Assembly: GCA_038894195.1 (NCBI GenBank)
Contig: JAWAPZ010000003.1
Coordinates: 1-61,095 of the forward strand
Reading direction: 5' to 3'
Origin: Candidatus Pacearchaeota archaeon
Lineage (GTDB): Archaea > Nanobdellota > Nanobdellia > Pacearchaeales > UBA284
Length of the DNA: 61,095 bases
The notes below the pieces were generated by a model that worked only from the letters and a program-made list of their open reading frames with translations, searched no databases and was not told the DNA's origin. The translations under genes were made by a program, and so were the position numbers. Positions 9,087 to 18,392 of this stretch are shown in pieces; position 1 is the stretch's first letter, and each line of letters starts with the position of its first letter.

Positions 9087-10274
9087 TCAAAAACTTAAAA
9101 ATTTAATTTTTTCACTTGTTGCTTGAAAATTCTTTGCAGCAACATACTTGCATGAAAGTTGCTCGGCAATATTAAGAATACCCTGTGTCAAAGTCCCATC
9201 AATAGCAAGAGCCTCTATTGTTCTATTGCTTCTTTTTAAAGAATACAAAAATCTAACAACATCCGAAGCTGATTTCTTTATAATTTTAAAACCTTGTTCT
9301 GTCCTTAAGACAATTGCACATGCTTTTGTTCCTTTAACCTCTTTAATAACCCTCTCAAAATCAATCTCAGGCAAACCAGTATGCTCCTTACTTGCATCTC
9401 GAACCTCATATTTTTTATTCTCTTGTTCTTGCTTCTTTCTTCCCTTTTTGAAAAAAGTTTTTTTAAAATCTTCTACTTTCTGTGCATTTCTCAAACAAGT
9501 TAGAATTTCCTTTTCTGTTAATTCTTCAACTTCTTTGCCATCTGGCGCACGGGCGATTGCACTGACATTAAGGTTATCCAAAGCATCTTTAACAATAAGC
9601 AACCCTCCACGATCGCCATCAACAAAAAGAGTTATCTTCTTGCCAGTCAGCTCTTTCAATGTTCTAGGAATAACAGCCCCGTTCATGGCAATAACATTCT
9701 TAATTCCAGCTTTCAATAAATTAAGAACATCTGCGCGGCCCTCCACAACAATTATTTCCTCGCTTGAATCAATATCCGGACCTGCTGGCAACCTGTCTTC
9801 ACCATACTCTACAATCTTAGAAATTTTTGCATGGCTTGAAATTTCATTTTCCATCTCTCTCGTTTCTGGCAGGGTAGATGAAAGTTTTTCAAGTAATACT
9901 TTTGCCCTTTCAACTATATACTGTCTTTTACTTGTTCTAACATCCTCTACTTTGACTATTTCAAATTTAGCATCACAAGGGCCAACCCTGTCTATAGTCT
10001 CGATAGCAGCTGCAATAATTGTAGTTTCTGTTTTATCTATACTAGTAGGAATTTCAACATCTCCGTAAGTCTTAGAATCTTCAACATGCAAGTTAGCTTC
10101 TATTCTCCCTATTTTTCCTTTTTTCTGCAACTCCCGAAGTTCAAGATCCTCACCAAGCAATCCTTCTGTCTGTCCAAAGATAGCCCCAATTAAGTCTGGT
10201 TTTTCTACAACACCCTCTGCAGTAAATTTTGCTTTTATTATGTATTTTATTGAAGGTGGACTAACTTTTCCCAT
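9087..10274 (-). CDS. dnaG: Archaeal DnaG (TOPRIM primase-like / exosome-associated)
   Basis: GVVEKPDLIGAIFGQTEGLLG, VVEGRADV, DGDRGG, APDGKEVEEL. Confidence 0.96.
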   Translation of the reverse strand: MGKVSPPSIKYIIKAKFTAEGVVEKPDLIGAIFGQTEGLLGEDLELRELQKKGKIGRIEANLHVEDSKTYGDVEIPTSIDKTETTIIAAAIETIDRVGPCDAKFEIVKVEDVRTSKRQYIVERAKVLLEKLSSTLPETREMENEISSHAKISKIVEYGEDRLPAGPDIDSSEEIIVVEGRADVLNLLKAGIKNVIAMNGAVIPRTLKELTGKKITLFVDGDRGGLLIVKDALDNLNVSAIARAPDGKEVEELTEKEILTCLRNAQKVEDFKKTFFKKGRKKQEQENKKYEVRDASKEHTGLPEIDFERVIKEVKGTKACAIVLRTEQGFKIIKKSASDVVRFLYSLKRSNRTIEALAIDGTLTQGILNIAEQLSCKYVAAKNFQATSEKIKFLSF

Positions 10275-10487
10275 CTTTCAACTTTAATTTACTGTACAAC
10301 CAAGTCATATAGAAATCTAAGTAAAAACCGAACAAACCTAATCATGAAAAATGATAAGGTGCTAATCCAATGATCTACGTGATTGTCGCAATATATGACT
10401 TGTGAATTTTAATTTGTGATTTTTTATAATTAATAGCCTCTTTGAAGGTATATAAATCTTACTATCAAGTAACAAAATTAAAGAAGT

Positions 10488-10673
10488 TTATCCAAAGAGA
10501 CCCTTTCTCTTTTTCTTCTTTTTTTTCTTGCCGAGCTTGCCAGCTTTTGCTAATTTTATTAGTTTGGCAACCTTAGATTTTTTGCTTTTCTTACTCGGCC
10601 CTCTTGACTTATTGAATTTTTTTCTTGCTTTCTTTTTAAACTTTTTTTTAACCTTCTTTTTCTTTTTTGCCAT
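10488..10673 (-). CDS. Lys-rich basic microprotein
   Basis: 61 aa, 31 Lys, no acidic residues; GAGGT SD upstream. Confidence 0.65.
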   Translation of the reverse strand: MAKKKKKVKKKFKKKARKKFNKSRGPSKKSKKSKVAKLIKLAKAGKLGKKKKKKKRKGLFG

Positions 10674-10724
10674 CTTCCAATTAAAACCTCAACTCCTCCA
10701 GTATACTGTTCCTCTTTTAAAATA

Positions 10725-10956
10725 AAAGCTGACATCTGGACTCGGTGAAGGAAGTGCCTTGAACAACCGCTGAATCAAACTTAACCTATCAGCTTGCTCT
10801 AAAGGTTATCTCCTTCGCCCCATAACTAAGCTTAACAGGTGCAGGTTTCATTTGGCGAGTTATAGTCCAGTCGCCAAATTACTAGCTGAAACACCTGGCA
10901 GAGGCTGTTATGGTAGCATCCTTTCCAGGACAACCGAAATGTCCTTTGTCAGCTTT
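10725..10956 (-). ncRNA. Unclassified structured RNA (~232 nt)
   Basis: 10-bp terminal helix, several internal helices, AGUA/GAA motif, 7-bp pseudoknot; TTTATATA box about 20 nt upstream; no ORF. Confidence 0.7.
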
Positions 10957-11011
10957 GATAAACTAATTTAATTGTATATAAAAAACTATCTAATTACTAA
11001 AAAGTAAGAAC

Positions 11012-12289
11012 TTATAAGACAAGTCTCTCGTTAAACTCACCACTGAAATTTTCGAGCATCAATTTTTTGACTTTATCAGAATTTCTCCTAACTTGCTGCC
11101 CAAGCAACCATCCTAACTTAACGAAAGCTGTTTCAGCAAGCATATCTTTCAAAAATAAAACACCCTCTTTTTCTAATTTTCTTGCAGGAGTATAAACATA
11201 AGGGTTGACTCTTCCTGAAATAGTTTGGCTAGTTATTCCAATAATAATATTTTTAGAAATTGCTTTTTTGATTGCAGGAAGCCAGGAATTCTTACCCTTA
11301 ACACAAATTTGTCCCATACCAAAAGCTTCAATAATAATTCCCTTATATTTTCTTTTGATTAAATCATTCAAAATTTCTGTATTTGCCCCTGGAAAAAATT
11401 TTACTAGTGCAGTTTTTTCATTAAAAAAAGCTAGAGCCTTCACTTTACCTAAATTTCTTTTTCTATACTTATGATTTAGAATCTCAATTTTTCCATCAGG
11501 AAAAATCCTTGCAATTGGAACATCATTCACTGCTTTAAAAGCTGCCCGTTCTGAAGAGTGCATCTTTCTTACTTTAGTTCCTCTTAAAGCTAAACAACTT
11601 AGGTCATTAGTATTTTCATGACCAACAATCATTACTTCAGCAACATCACTCAAAGCCATGTAACACGCACATTTCAAATTGAGGTGCGCATCGCTAGAAC
11701 CCCTGTCGATGCTTCTCTGGCTATAAGTTAAAACAACCGGTTTGTTTAAATTGTGTAACATAAATGCTAAAGCACTTGAAGTGTAATGTAGGGTGTCTGT
11801 CCCGTGTAGAATAACAACTCCTTTAATATCTTTCCTATTAAGTATTTTGGCAACCAGTCTTGCAAGTTTTTTCCATTCTCTGCTCGAAATCTGTGAGCTA
11901 TCGATACTGTAAGGAACTTGTATCTCAAATTGCACAACATTTTTTAGTTCAGGATAACTTTCAAGCAAATCCTGGGGCTTTCCAACAGCCAAAACACCAC
12001 CGGTTGCATAATCAACTTTGCTCGCGATGGTGCCACCTGTCGCGATGATTACTATCTTCGGTAATTTTTTGTCTTGTTCAACTACTCTTTCTCGTTTTTC
12101 TTTTTTAACATCACAAATCTTTTCCAGATTCAAAATATCTTTTTTATTAAATCCAACATTATAACCATTATTCAACTTTACAAGAATAATTTTGGGGTCA
12201 TAACTTTCAAGAGCGATTCCTTCAAGTTCCTGATCTTTTGTCCTTATCCTGATTTTTGAACCTATCTCTACATGAAATTTCATAAACAA
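11012..12289 (-). CDS. gatD: Glutamyl-tRNA(Gln) amidotransferase subunit D
   Basis: N-terminal SH3-like domain (KLNNGYNVG), GGTIAS, HGTDT, SQRS asparaginase motifs. Confidence 0.95.
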   Translation of the reverse strand: MFMKFHVEIGSKIRIRTKDQELEGIALESYDPKIILVKLNNGYNVGFNKKDILNLEKICDVKKEKRERVVEQDKKLPKIVIIATGGTIASKVDYATGGVLAVGKPQDLLESYPELKNVVQFEIQVPYSIDSSQISSREWKKLARLVAKILNRKDIKGVVILHGTDTLHYTSSALAFMLHNLNKPVVLTYSQRSIDRGSSDAHLNLKCACYMALSDVAEVMIVGHENTNDLSCLALRGTKVRKMHSSERAAFKAVNDVPIARIFPDGKIEILNHKYRKRNLGKVKALAFFNEKTALVKFFPGANTEILNDLIKRKYKGIIIEAFGMGQICVKGKNSWLPAIKKAISKNIIIGITSQTISGRVNPYVYTPARKLEKEGVLFLKDMLAETAFVKLGWLLGQQVRRNSDKVKKLMLENFSGEFNERLVL

Positions 12290-12548
12290 ATCACGTTTAA
12301 AGAATATAAAAATGTTGCTAAATTCGATCGAATAAAATATTTCAACTGTCCCAAATAAATTAATTCTAATAAAAAAATCAAAAAAGAATTTTATTTTCTC
12401 TGGAAAATTACAAAAAAACCATAAAAATCTTAAAAATACAAAAGTTGAATTCTAAAATATATAATACATTATATATGTTATTTTGCGACAATGTATTTAA
12501 ATACAAAATTAAAGAATTTTAACATTAATATTTAATTAATAAAAGGGT

Positions 12549-12580
12549 GTTAAGCTTGGGGGCTTAACTTTTTGTTTTGA
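12549..12580 (+). terminator. Hairpin + U tract upstream of ftsZ
   Basis: GTTAAGC-N6-GCTTAAC followed by a T run. Confidence 0.4.
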
Positions 12581-12663
12581 ACTTTGTCTTATTCTAAAAT
12601 ATAAAAAATAAACTTATATATAAACCTTTCGGTCAACTCGAAAATTGGAGGTTAAAAAATAAA

Positions 12664-13740
12664 ATGGTCTTAGATTTTGCAAAAGAGGCAATTGAAGGAG
12701 CGGGAAAGTATGGCATTAACTTTGACGAGCTAAAAGCTGGACGAGCTAGCATAAAAGTTATTGGTGCGGGTGGTGCAGGATGCAACATGGTAACCTGGCT
12801 TTTCAACAAAGGAATCACAGGGGCTACGGTATATGCAGTAAACACAGACGCACTACACTTAAGTATAAGTAAAGCTGATGAAAAAATTTTGATTGGTAAA
12901 GAATTGACTCGTGGTCTTGGTGCAGGCGGTTTCCCTGACAAAGGGCGCGAAGCTGCAAAAGAAGCCATAGTTGAGTTGAAAAAAGCTGTAAGTGGTGCAG
13001 ACATGGTATTTGTAGTTGCAGGAATGGGTGGGGGTACAGGAACAGGAGCTTCACCAGTCATTGCACAACTTGCAAAAGAAATAGGAGCAATAACAATCGG
13101 TGTAGTAACAATGCCATGGGACACTGAAAAAGCAAGAATCGACAAAGCAGAATTCGGTTTACAACAACTAAGAGAAGTAACAGATACTGTAATTGTCATA
13201 GATAATAACAGATTAGTGGACATCGCAGGAAACTTGCCAATAGAGCAGGCACTTGCAGTTGCAAATGAACTAGTAAGCACAATGATAAAAGGTATTGTAG
13301 AAACAATAACAGTTCCATCTTTGATTAATCTTGACTTTGCTGATGTCTGTGCTATAATGAAAGATGGTGACGTAAGTTGTATAGGTATAGGTGAAAGTGA
13401 TACGCAGAACAGAGTAGAGGAAGCTGCAAAACAAGCATTAAGTCACCCACTACTAGATATAGATTACAAAGGAGCAACAGGTGCTTTGATACATGTGATA
13501 TGTGGTGAAGACTTAAAGCTTGAAGAACTTAACAATATCTGTGGCCTTATTAGCGAGAACTTAAATCCAGAAGCACAAGTAATACTTGGAGCAAGGATTA
13601 ACAGAGATTTCAGAGGCAAAGTTAGAGTTATTACAATAATAACTGGTGTAAAATCACCTTATGTATTAGGAAAAGCAAGAACACCTGAAACAGCACCTAC
13701 TGCAACAATGTCAGAAATAGGGGTAGACTTTTACCGCTAA
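12664..13740 (+). CDS. ftsZ: Cell division protein FtsZ
   Basis: GAGGAGCN, NTD, GGGTGTG, NLDFADV; GGAGGT SD. Confidence 0.98.
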   Translation: MVLDFAKEAIEGAGKYGINFDELKAGRASIKVIGAGGAGCNMVTWLFNKGITGATVYAVNTDALHLSISKADEKILIGKELTRGLGAGGFPDKGREAAKEAIVELKKAVSGADMVFVVAGMGGGTGTGASPVIAQLAKEIGAITIGVVTMPWDTEKARIDKAEFGLQQLREVTDTVIVIDNNRLVDIAGNLPIEQALAVANELVSTMIKGIVETITVPSLINLDFADVCAIMKDGDVSCIGIGESDTQNRVEEAAKQALSHPLLDIDYKGATGALIHVICGEDLKLEELNNICGLISENLNPEAQVILGARINRDFRGKVRVITIITGVKSPYVLGKARTPETAPTATMSEIGVDFYR

Positions 13741-13791
13741 AATAAAACTATGAATTCATGATTTTTCCCCTTAGCCTTTTGAGTTCTCTTT

Positions 13792-13829
13792 GGCTAGTCT
13801 CAAGAGAGACTAGCCTTTTTCTTTTTTTT
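13792..13829 (+). terminator. Terminator-like hairpin after ftsZ
   Basis: Perfect 10-bp stem GGCTAGTCTC/GAGACTAGCC, 4-nt loop, T tract. Confidence 0.65.
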
Positions 13830-13950
13830 ATTTTCTAAGAAAAATTGAGCAACGAAACTGTGCGGTTATTTCGTTTTCACTTTTTTAGTCCACCACGAAG
13901 AAACTAAAATTAAATTATGGGAAAATTGAGTTGTATTTGCAGAAAAAAGC

Positions 13951-14565
13951 TTAACGTATTTCACTTCTAATTTTATTGGCTTCAATCGGCTTGCCAATTC
14001 TATCATACAAATTTGCTAGTTTCAATTTTATTTCTTTCTCAAGTTCCTTATCTATTTTAAGTGTCAAAGCTCTTGTAAGTACTGAAATTGTTTTCGTCAA
14101 AGCTCTTGATGACTCGAATTCTTGTGCTTGCTGCAAGTAAGCATTTAGCAAAGTCTTATGAACTTCTGGTTTTTCTTTTTCAGATGCTAAAACAAGTGCT
14201 TTACGCATAACGGCTTCTGCTTCAAGATAGTCCTGTGCTTTCACAAAAAGCAACATTGACCTTAAGAGAAGATCAATTTTTTCTCTAAATGTACTAGCAA
14301 GATCAGCAGCATTGCTATAAGAACGTGCCGCAGTATTGAACCATTTTCTTTGTGCCTGTAAAGAAGCCATTAAAACAAAAATAGCTCTCCTTGTTGCCTG
14401 ATCAGGATTTTTTACAAGCATTTTTTCAAGATACTCTAATTTTCTCTCTTCAGTCTTGTATTGTTGGACATCCTTCAGAATCCTTGTACAAATTTCTAAT
14501 GAATTTTCTTGCTCTTTTTTCTCTTTTCTAGGAATATCAAGTTCTTCAAAAATATCCTCTGGCAT
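13951..14565 (-). CDS. TPR/SNAP-like helical repeat protein
   Basis: Repeated helical pairs with small-residue TPR-like pattern. Confidence 0.6.
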   Translation of the reverse strand: MPEDIFEELDIPRKEKKEQENSLEICTRILKDVQQYKTEERKLEYLEKMLVKNPDQATRRAIFVLMASLQAQRKWFNTAARSYSNAADLASTFREKIDLLLRSMLLFVKAQDYLEAEAVMRKALVLASEKEKPEVHKTLLNAYLQQAQEFESSRALTKTISVLTRALTLKIDKELEKEIKLKLANLYDRIGKPIEANKIRSEIR

Positions 14566-14717
14566 GTTCTTTTTTTAATGATTGAAGTATAAATATTTTT
14601 CTATGTTCAATTAGACAGATCGCGATTGAATCTAAAAATTTTTGTATCAGTGTAAGTACAAACAAGAATTATCCTTTTTGCCAACAAGCAGGTTACATCA
14701 ATAAAAAACTAAATTAA

Positions 14718-15251
14718 CTATTTACCTTTTTCTTTCTTACCCCACTCCTCAAAAAAAATAATGCTCTTAAGATCTGGTTTAAAAACTTTTCCAGGCTTTC
14801 CGTCTGCATATGCTATAGGAATTAAAGCTTCAATATCCACTTCTTGAGGTACTTTTAAAGTTCTCTTTACCGCAGTGTCGTCAAACCAACCAATCCAACA
14901 AGACGCTAATCCTAATGAAGTTATTTTTAAAAGCATGTTCTGGATCGCAGCTCCTGCTTGCTGGTGTGCATACTTAACACCGCGACTTGCGTAACTTCTC
15001 ACAACTTTAGAAGTTTCAGAACAAACTACAATTATAAAACTGGAATCATTCAAAAAAGGCTGCTGTGCAGCTTGAGCAAGATCTTTAATCTTTTGTCTTG
15101 CAGAAACTACTATCAACTTGAGTGTAAAAATGTTTCCTGCCATTGGGGCAAATCTTGCAACATCAAGAATTTCAGTAACATCTTTGAAAGAGACTTTCTT
15201 GTCAGAATATCTACGAATGCTTCTTCTAGCACGGATTATCTTGTCTAACAT
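14718..15251 (-). CDS. Nitroreductase family protein
   Basis: RRSIRRY, ARFAPMAGN, AIQNMLL..LGLASCWIG. Confidence 0.92.
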   Translation of the reverse strand: MLDKIIRARRSIRRYSDKKVSFKDVTEILDVARFAPMAGNIFTLKLIVVSARQKIKDLAQAAQQPFLNDSSFIIVVCSETSKVVRSYASRGVKYAHQQAGAAIQNMLLKITSLGLASCWIGWFDDTAVKRTLKVPQEVDIEALIPIAYADGKPGKVFKPDLKSIIFFEEWGKKEKGK

Positions 15252-15285
15252 GCTCTTTTCAGGAGTTTTGAATATAAAAATGTTG

Positions 15286-15627
15286 CTATGGTTGAAATCT
15301 CAAAATACCAAAAAATAAAAAAATCGCGTCAATCATTCCCAAGATAATGCAAATAATTCCAAGGGTTTTTTTGCCAGAATGAATAGAATAAAGTCCAAGG
15401 ATTATAGCTACAAAACCAACCAATATAGAAAAAATCCAGGGTAAGAACAAACCAATTACTCCTATAACTACACCAGCAATCCCATAAGATGCTCCACCTG
15501 GTTTTGGTTTTTTTGCTTCTTCAATAGCTTCTTTAAGATTCTGTTTGAATACCTCTTTTTCTAACGCTAGTTGTTTTCTCTCTGCCTCTTTTGATTTTGA
15601 TTTTTTCATAAAGGTAAATAGTATCAA
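15286..15627 (-). CDS. Small membrane protein (DUF4190-like)
   Basis: C-terminal TM hairpins with IILGLYS..G..LGIICIILG. Confidence 0.55.
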   Translation of the reverse strand: MILFTFMKKSKSKEAERKQLALEKEVFKQNLKEAIEEAKKPKPGGASYGIAGVVIGVIGLFLPWIFSILVGFVAIILGLYSIHSGKKTLGIICIILGMIDAIFLFFGILRFQP

Positions 15628-15697
15628 ATAATATAAAAAGATTACGAAAAAAATTTAAAAAAGCAAAATCTTAAAAGTTAGAAAAACATATAATTAT

Positions 15698-17464
15698 ATG
15701 CTCTACAAGGAACTTGTAAAGGTGTATGAAGCTCTAGAAAGTACAACTAAAAGGTTGGAAAAAACATATATACTGGCAGAATTTTTCAAAAAAATTCCAA
15801 AAAATGAATCGAAGGATCTAGCCTATCTCGTAAAAGGCAAAGTATTCGCAGATTGGCAAGAAGAACAAGTCGGAATTTCTTCGCAGCTCGCAATAAAGGC
15901 AATAAGCAAGGCAACCGGGATTTCAGAACAAGAGATTCTTAGAAAATGGCGTTCTGTAGGTGATCTGGGAAAAGTTACTGAAGAGATGATTAAGAAAAAG
16001 AAGCAAAAAACTCTTTTTACCGGAAAATTAACAACTGAAAAAGTTATCGATAACTTAAGAAAAGCGTCACAGCTTGAGGGCCCTGGAACAATTGAAAGAA
16101 AACTTTCACTTGTTGCCGAACTTTTGACAATTGCAGAACCTGTAGAAGCGCGTTATATTATAAGAACAATTTTAGAAGAGCTTCGCATTGGTGTTGCAGA
16201 AGGTACTATAAGAGACGCAATTGTCTGGGCATGCTTTGGTCACGAAATAGGTATAAAATATGAAAAAGAGATGAATGAGCTTGAGTTAAATGGAGAACAA
16301 CGTGAAAAATATAATAAATATATTTCAATTATACAAGAAGCCTATGATCTCGCAAATGATTTCGGTATAGTTCTTGAAGCTGCAAGGCAAGGCACCACGG
16401 CCTTGAAGAATATAAATCTTGAACCAGGTAGGCCTGTCAAAGTTGAGTTATGTCTTAAAGTAGATAGTATAGCAGAAGCATTTGAGCGAGTAGGAAAACC
16501 GGCAAGTTGCGAACTTAAATATGACGGTTTCAGAATGTTGATACATAAAACAAAAGAAGGCAAAATAATCATTTATACAAGAAGATTAGATAACGTCACA
16601 AAACAATTTCCAGAGGTAGTCGAAGCTGTCAAAAAACAAGTTTTTGGTAAGAGTTTTATTCTCGATGCAGAAGCAGTAGGTTATGATCCCAAAACTCATA
16701 AATATAGGCCATTTCAGGAGATAAGTCAACGCATCAAAAGAAAATATGATATTGAAAAATTAAAACGTGAGCTTCCTGTAGAAGTAAATGTTTTTGACTG
16801 TATTTTTTATAACAACAAAAATCTAATTAAAGAACCTCTTGAAAAAAGAAGAAAACTTATTGAAAAAATTATTAAACCAATAAAATGGAAGTTAAAACTA
16901 GTTGAAGGGATAATCACAAGTAGCGAAGAAGAAGCTGAAAATTTTTACAAGCTTGCACTAAAACAAGGAATGGAAGGGATAATCATGAAAAACTTGAAAT
17001 CTTTCTATCAGCCAGGGGCAAGAGTTGACACCTGGGTCAAATTCAAGCCAGTTCAAGAGCCATTAGATCTTGTGATCATAGGTGCAGAATGGGGTACAGG
17101 AAAACGCGCTGGTTGGCTCTCATCATTTATTCTTGCATGCCGACATGAAGATAAATTTCTTGAAATTGGTAAAGTCGGCACTGGTGTAAAAGAAAAAGCT
17201 GAACAAGGTTTAAGTTTTGAAGAACTGACAAAATTGTTAAAACCGTTAGTTATAGAACAAAAAGGTCGTGAAGTAAAAGTCAAACCAAAAATTGTCGTGG
17301 AGGTAGCTTATCAAGAAATTCAGAAAAGTCCAACCTATGCTAGCGGGTTTGCCTTAAGATTTCCCCGTATCTTAAGATTAAGAGAAGAGCATGGTATTTT
17401 TGACATTCATTCACTTGACGAAATAAAAAAATTTTATCATGACCAGTTCAAAAAGAAAAAATGA
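15698..17464 (+). CDS. lig: ATP-dependent DNA ligase
   Basis: ELKYDG, LDAEAV, EGIIMK, WVKFK, LRFPR motifs. Confidence 0.98.
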   Translation: MLYKELVKVYEALESTTKRLEKTYILAEFFKKIPKNESKDLAYLVKGKVFADWQEEQVGISSQLAIKAISKATGISEQEILRKWRSVGDLGKVTEEMIKKKKQKTLFTGKLTTEKVIDNLRKASQLEGPGTIERKLSLVAELLTIAEPVEARYIIRTILEELRIGVAEGTIRDAIVWACFGHEIGIKYEKEMNELELNGEQREKYNKYISIIQEAYDLANDFGIVLEAARQGTTALKNINLEPGRPVKVELCLKVDSIAEAFERVGKPASCELKYDGFRMLIHKTKEGKIIIYTRRLDNVTKQFPEVVEAVKKQVFGKSFILDAEAVGYDPKTHKYRPFQEISQRIKRKYDIEKLKRELPVEVNVFDCIFYNNKNLIKEPLEKRRKLIEKIIKPIKWKLKLVEGIITSSEEEAENFYKLALKQGMEGIIMKNLKSFYQPGARVDTWVKFKPVQEPLDLVIIGAEWGTGKRAGWLSSFILACRHEDKFLEIGKVGTGVKEKAEQGLSFEELTKLLKPLVIEQKGREVKVKPKIVVEVAYQEIQKSPTYASGFALRFPRILRLREEHGIFDIHSLDEIKKFYHDQFKKKK

Positions 17465-18246
17465 TTATTAAATTTGGCCCAGCTGGTATAGGTGGTTTTA
17501 AAGAAGCCCAAGAATTTTTAGAAAGATATAACAAAGTTGGAATAAAATGTGCTGAAATTCCTTTCACTTATAAAGTTTGGCTTGATAATTCTCAAGCTAA
17601 AAAAATTGGCGAGATTGCAAAAAAATTTCAAGTAGAATTAACAATCCATGCCCCTTACTACATCAACTTAAATTCTCGTGATTTTAAAAAAGTGCAAGCA
17701 AGTATGCAAAGAATTCTCGATTGTTGTGAACGCGCACATTATTTGCAAGCGAAATATGTTGTGTTTCATGCAGCTTATTACGAAGACATAAATCCTGAAA
17801 AAGTTTTTCAAATAGTTAAAAAAAGAATTCTTGAAATGGAGAGAATAATAAAAAAAAATGAGTGGCATGTGGTACTTGCACCTGAAACAACCGGCAAGGC
17901 AAGCCAGTTTGGTTCATTGGAAGAATTATTACAACTAGTTAAGGAAACAAAATGTTTTTTTTGTGTTGATTTTGCACATATGTTGGCAAGAAAACAAAAA
18001 ATTAATTATAATGAAATTTTTGAAAAAATAAAAAAAGCCAATATTGATAATCTGCACTGCCACTTCTCCGGGATTGAATTCACAAATAAAGGTGAAAAAA
18101 GACATGTAACAACCAGTGAAAAAGCTTGGCGCGATCTTCTCTCAGCCTTCAAAAAAAATAAAATAAGTGCAAACATAATCAATGAAAGCCCAACACCTGT
18201 GGAAGACTCTTTGCTAGGGTTAAAAATTTGGAATTCATTAAAATAA
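17461..18246 (+). CDS. nfo: Endonuclease IV (AP endonuclease family 2)
   Basis: HAPYYINL, VFHAAYY, ETTGK, DFAH, HCHFSG. Confidence 0.92.
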   Translation: MIIKFGPAGIGGFKEAQEFLERYNKVGIKCAEIPFTYKVWLDNSQAKKIGEIAKKFQVELTIHAPYYINLNSRDFKKVQASMQRILDCCERAHYLQAKYVVFHAAYYEDINPEKVFQIVKKRILEMERIIKKNEWHVVLAPETTGKASQFGSLEELLQLVKETKCFFCVDFAHMLARKQKINYNEIFEKIKKANIDNLHCHFSGIEFTNKGEKRHVTTSEKAWRDLLSAFKKNKISANIINESPTPVEDSLLGLKIWNSLK

Positions 18247-18392
18247 TTTCAGTGTCACTCGCTCCAAGTTACTTTCTTGACGAAGAATAAAAGTTACCCA
18301 CTATTAGTAACTACTTTTATCGTTGGACAGAAAAGCTTTTAAACTGACTTAACTTAAAAATAATAACAATTTAAATTTAAATTAAAAAGAAA

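Noticed and set aside
9148-10068. Long antisense ORFs (also 12633-13280, 24017-24619, 52172-52930)
   Set aside because: Shadows of well-supported genes on the opposite strand
10725-10956. RNase P RNA, SRP RNA, lysine or c-di-AMP riboswitch identity
   Set aside because: Only short pieces match (UGCCAGG, GAGCAA, AUGGGGCGAA, AGUA/GAA); the diagnostic cores are missing
13851-13875. Second hairpin AACGAAA/TTTCGTT
   Set aside because: Probably the terminator of the convergent TPR gene; nothing further supports an RNA gene
13951-14565. Resemblance to the proteasome lid Rpn7/SNAP N-terminus
   Set aside because: Generic TPR pattern; no PCI domain visible
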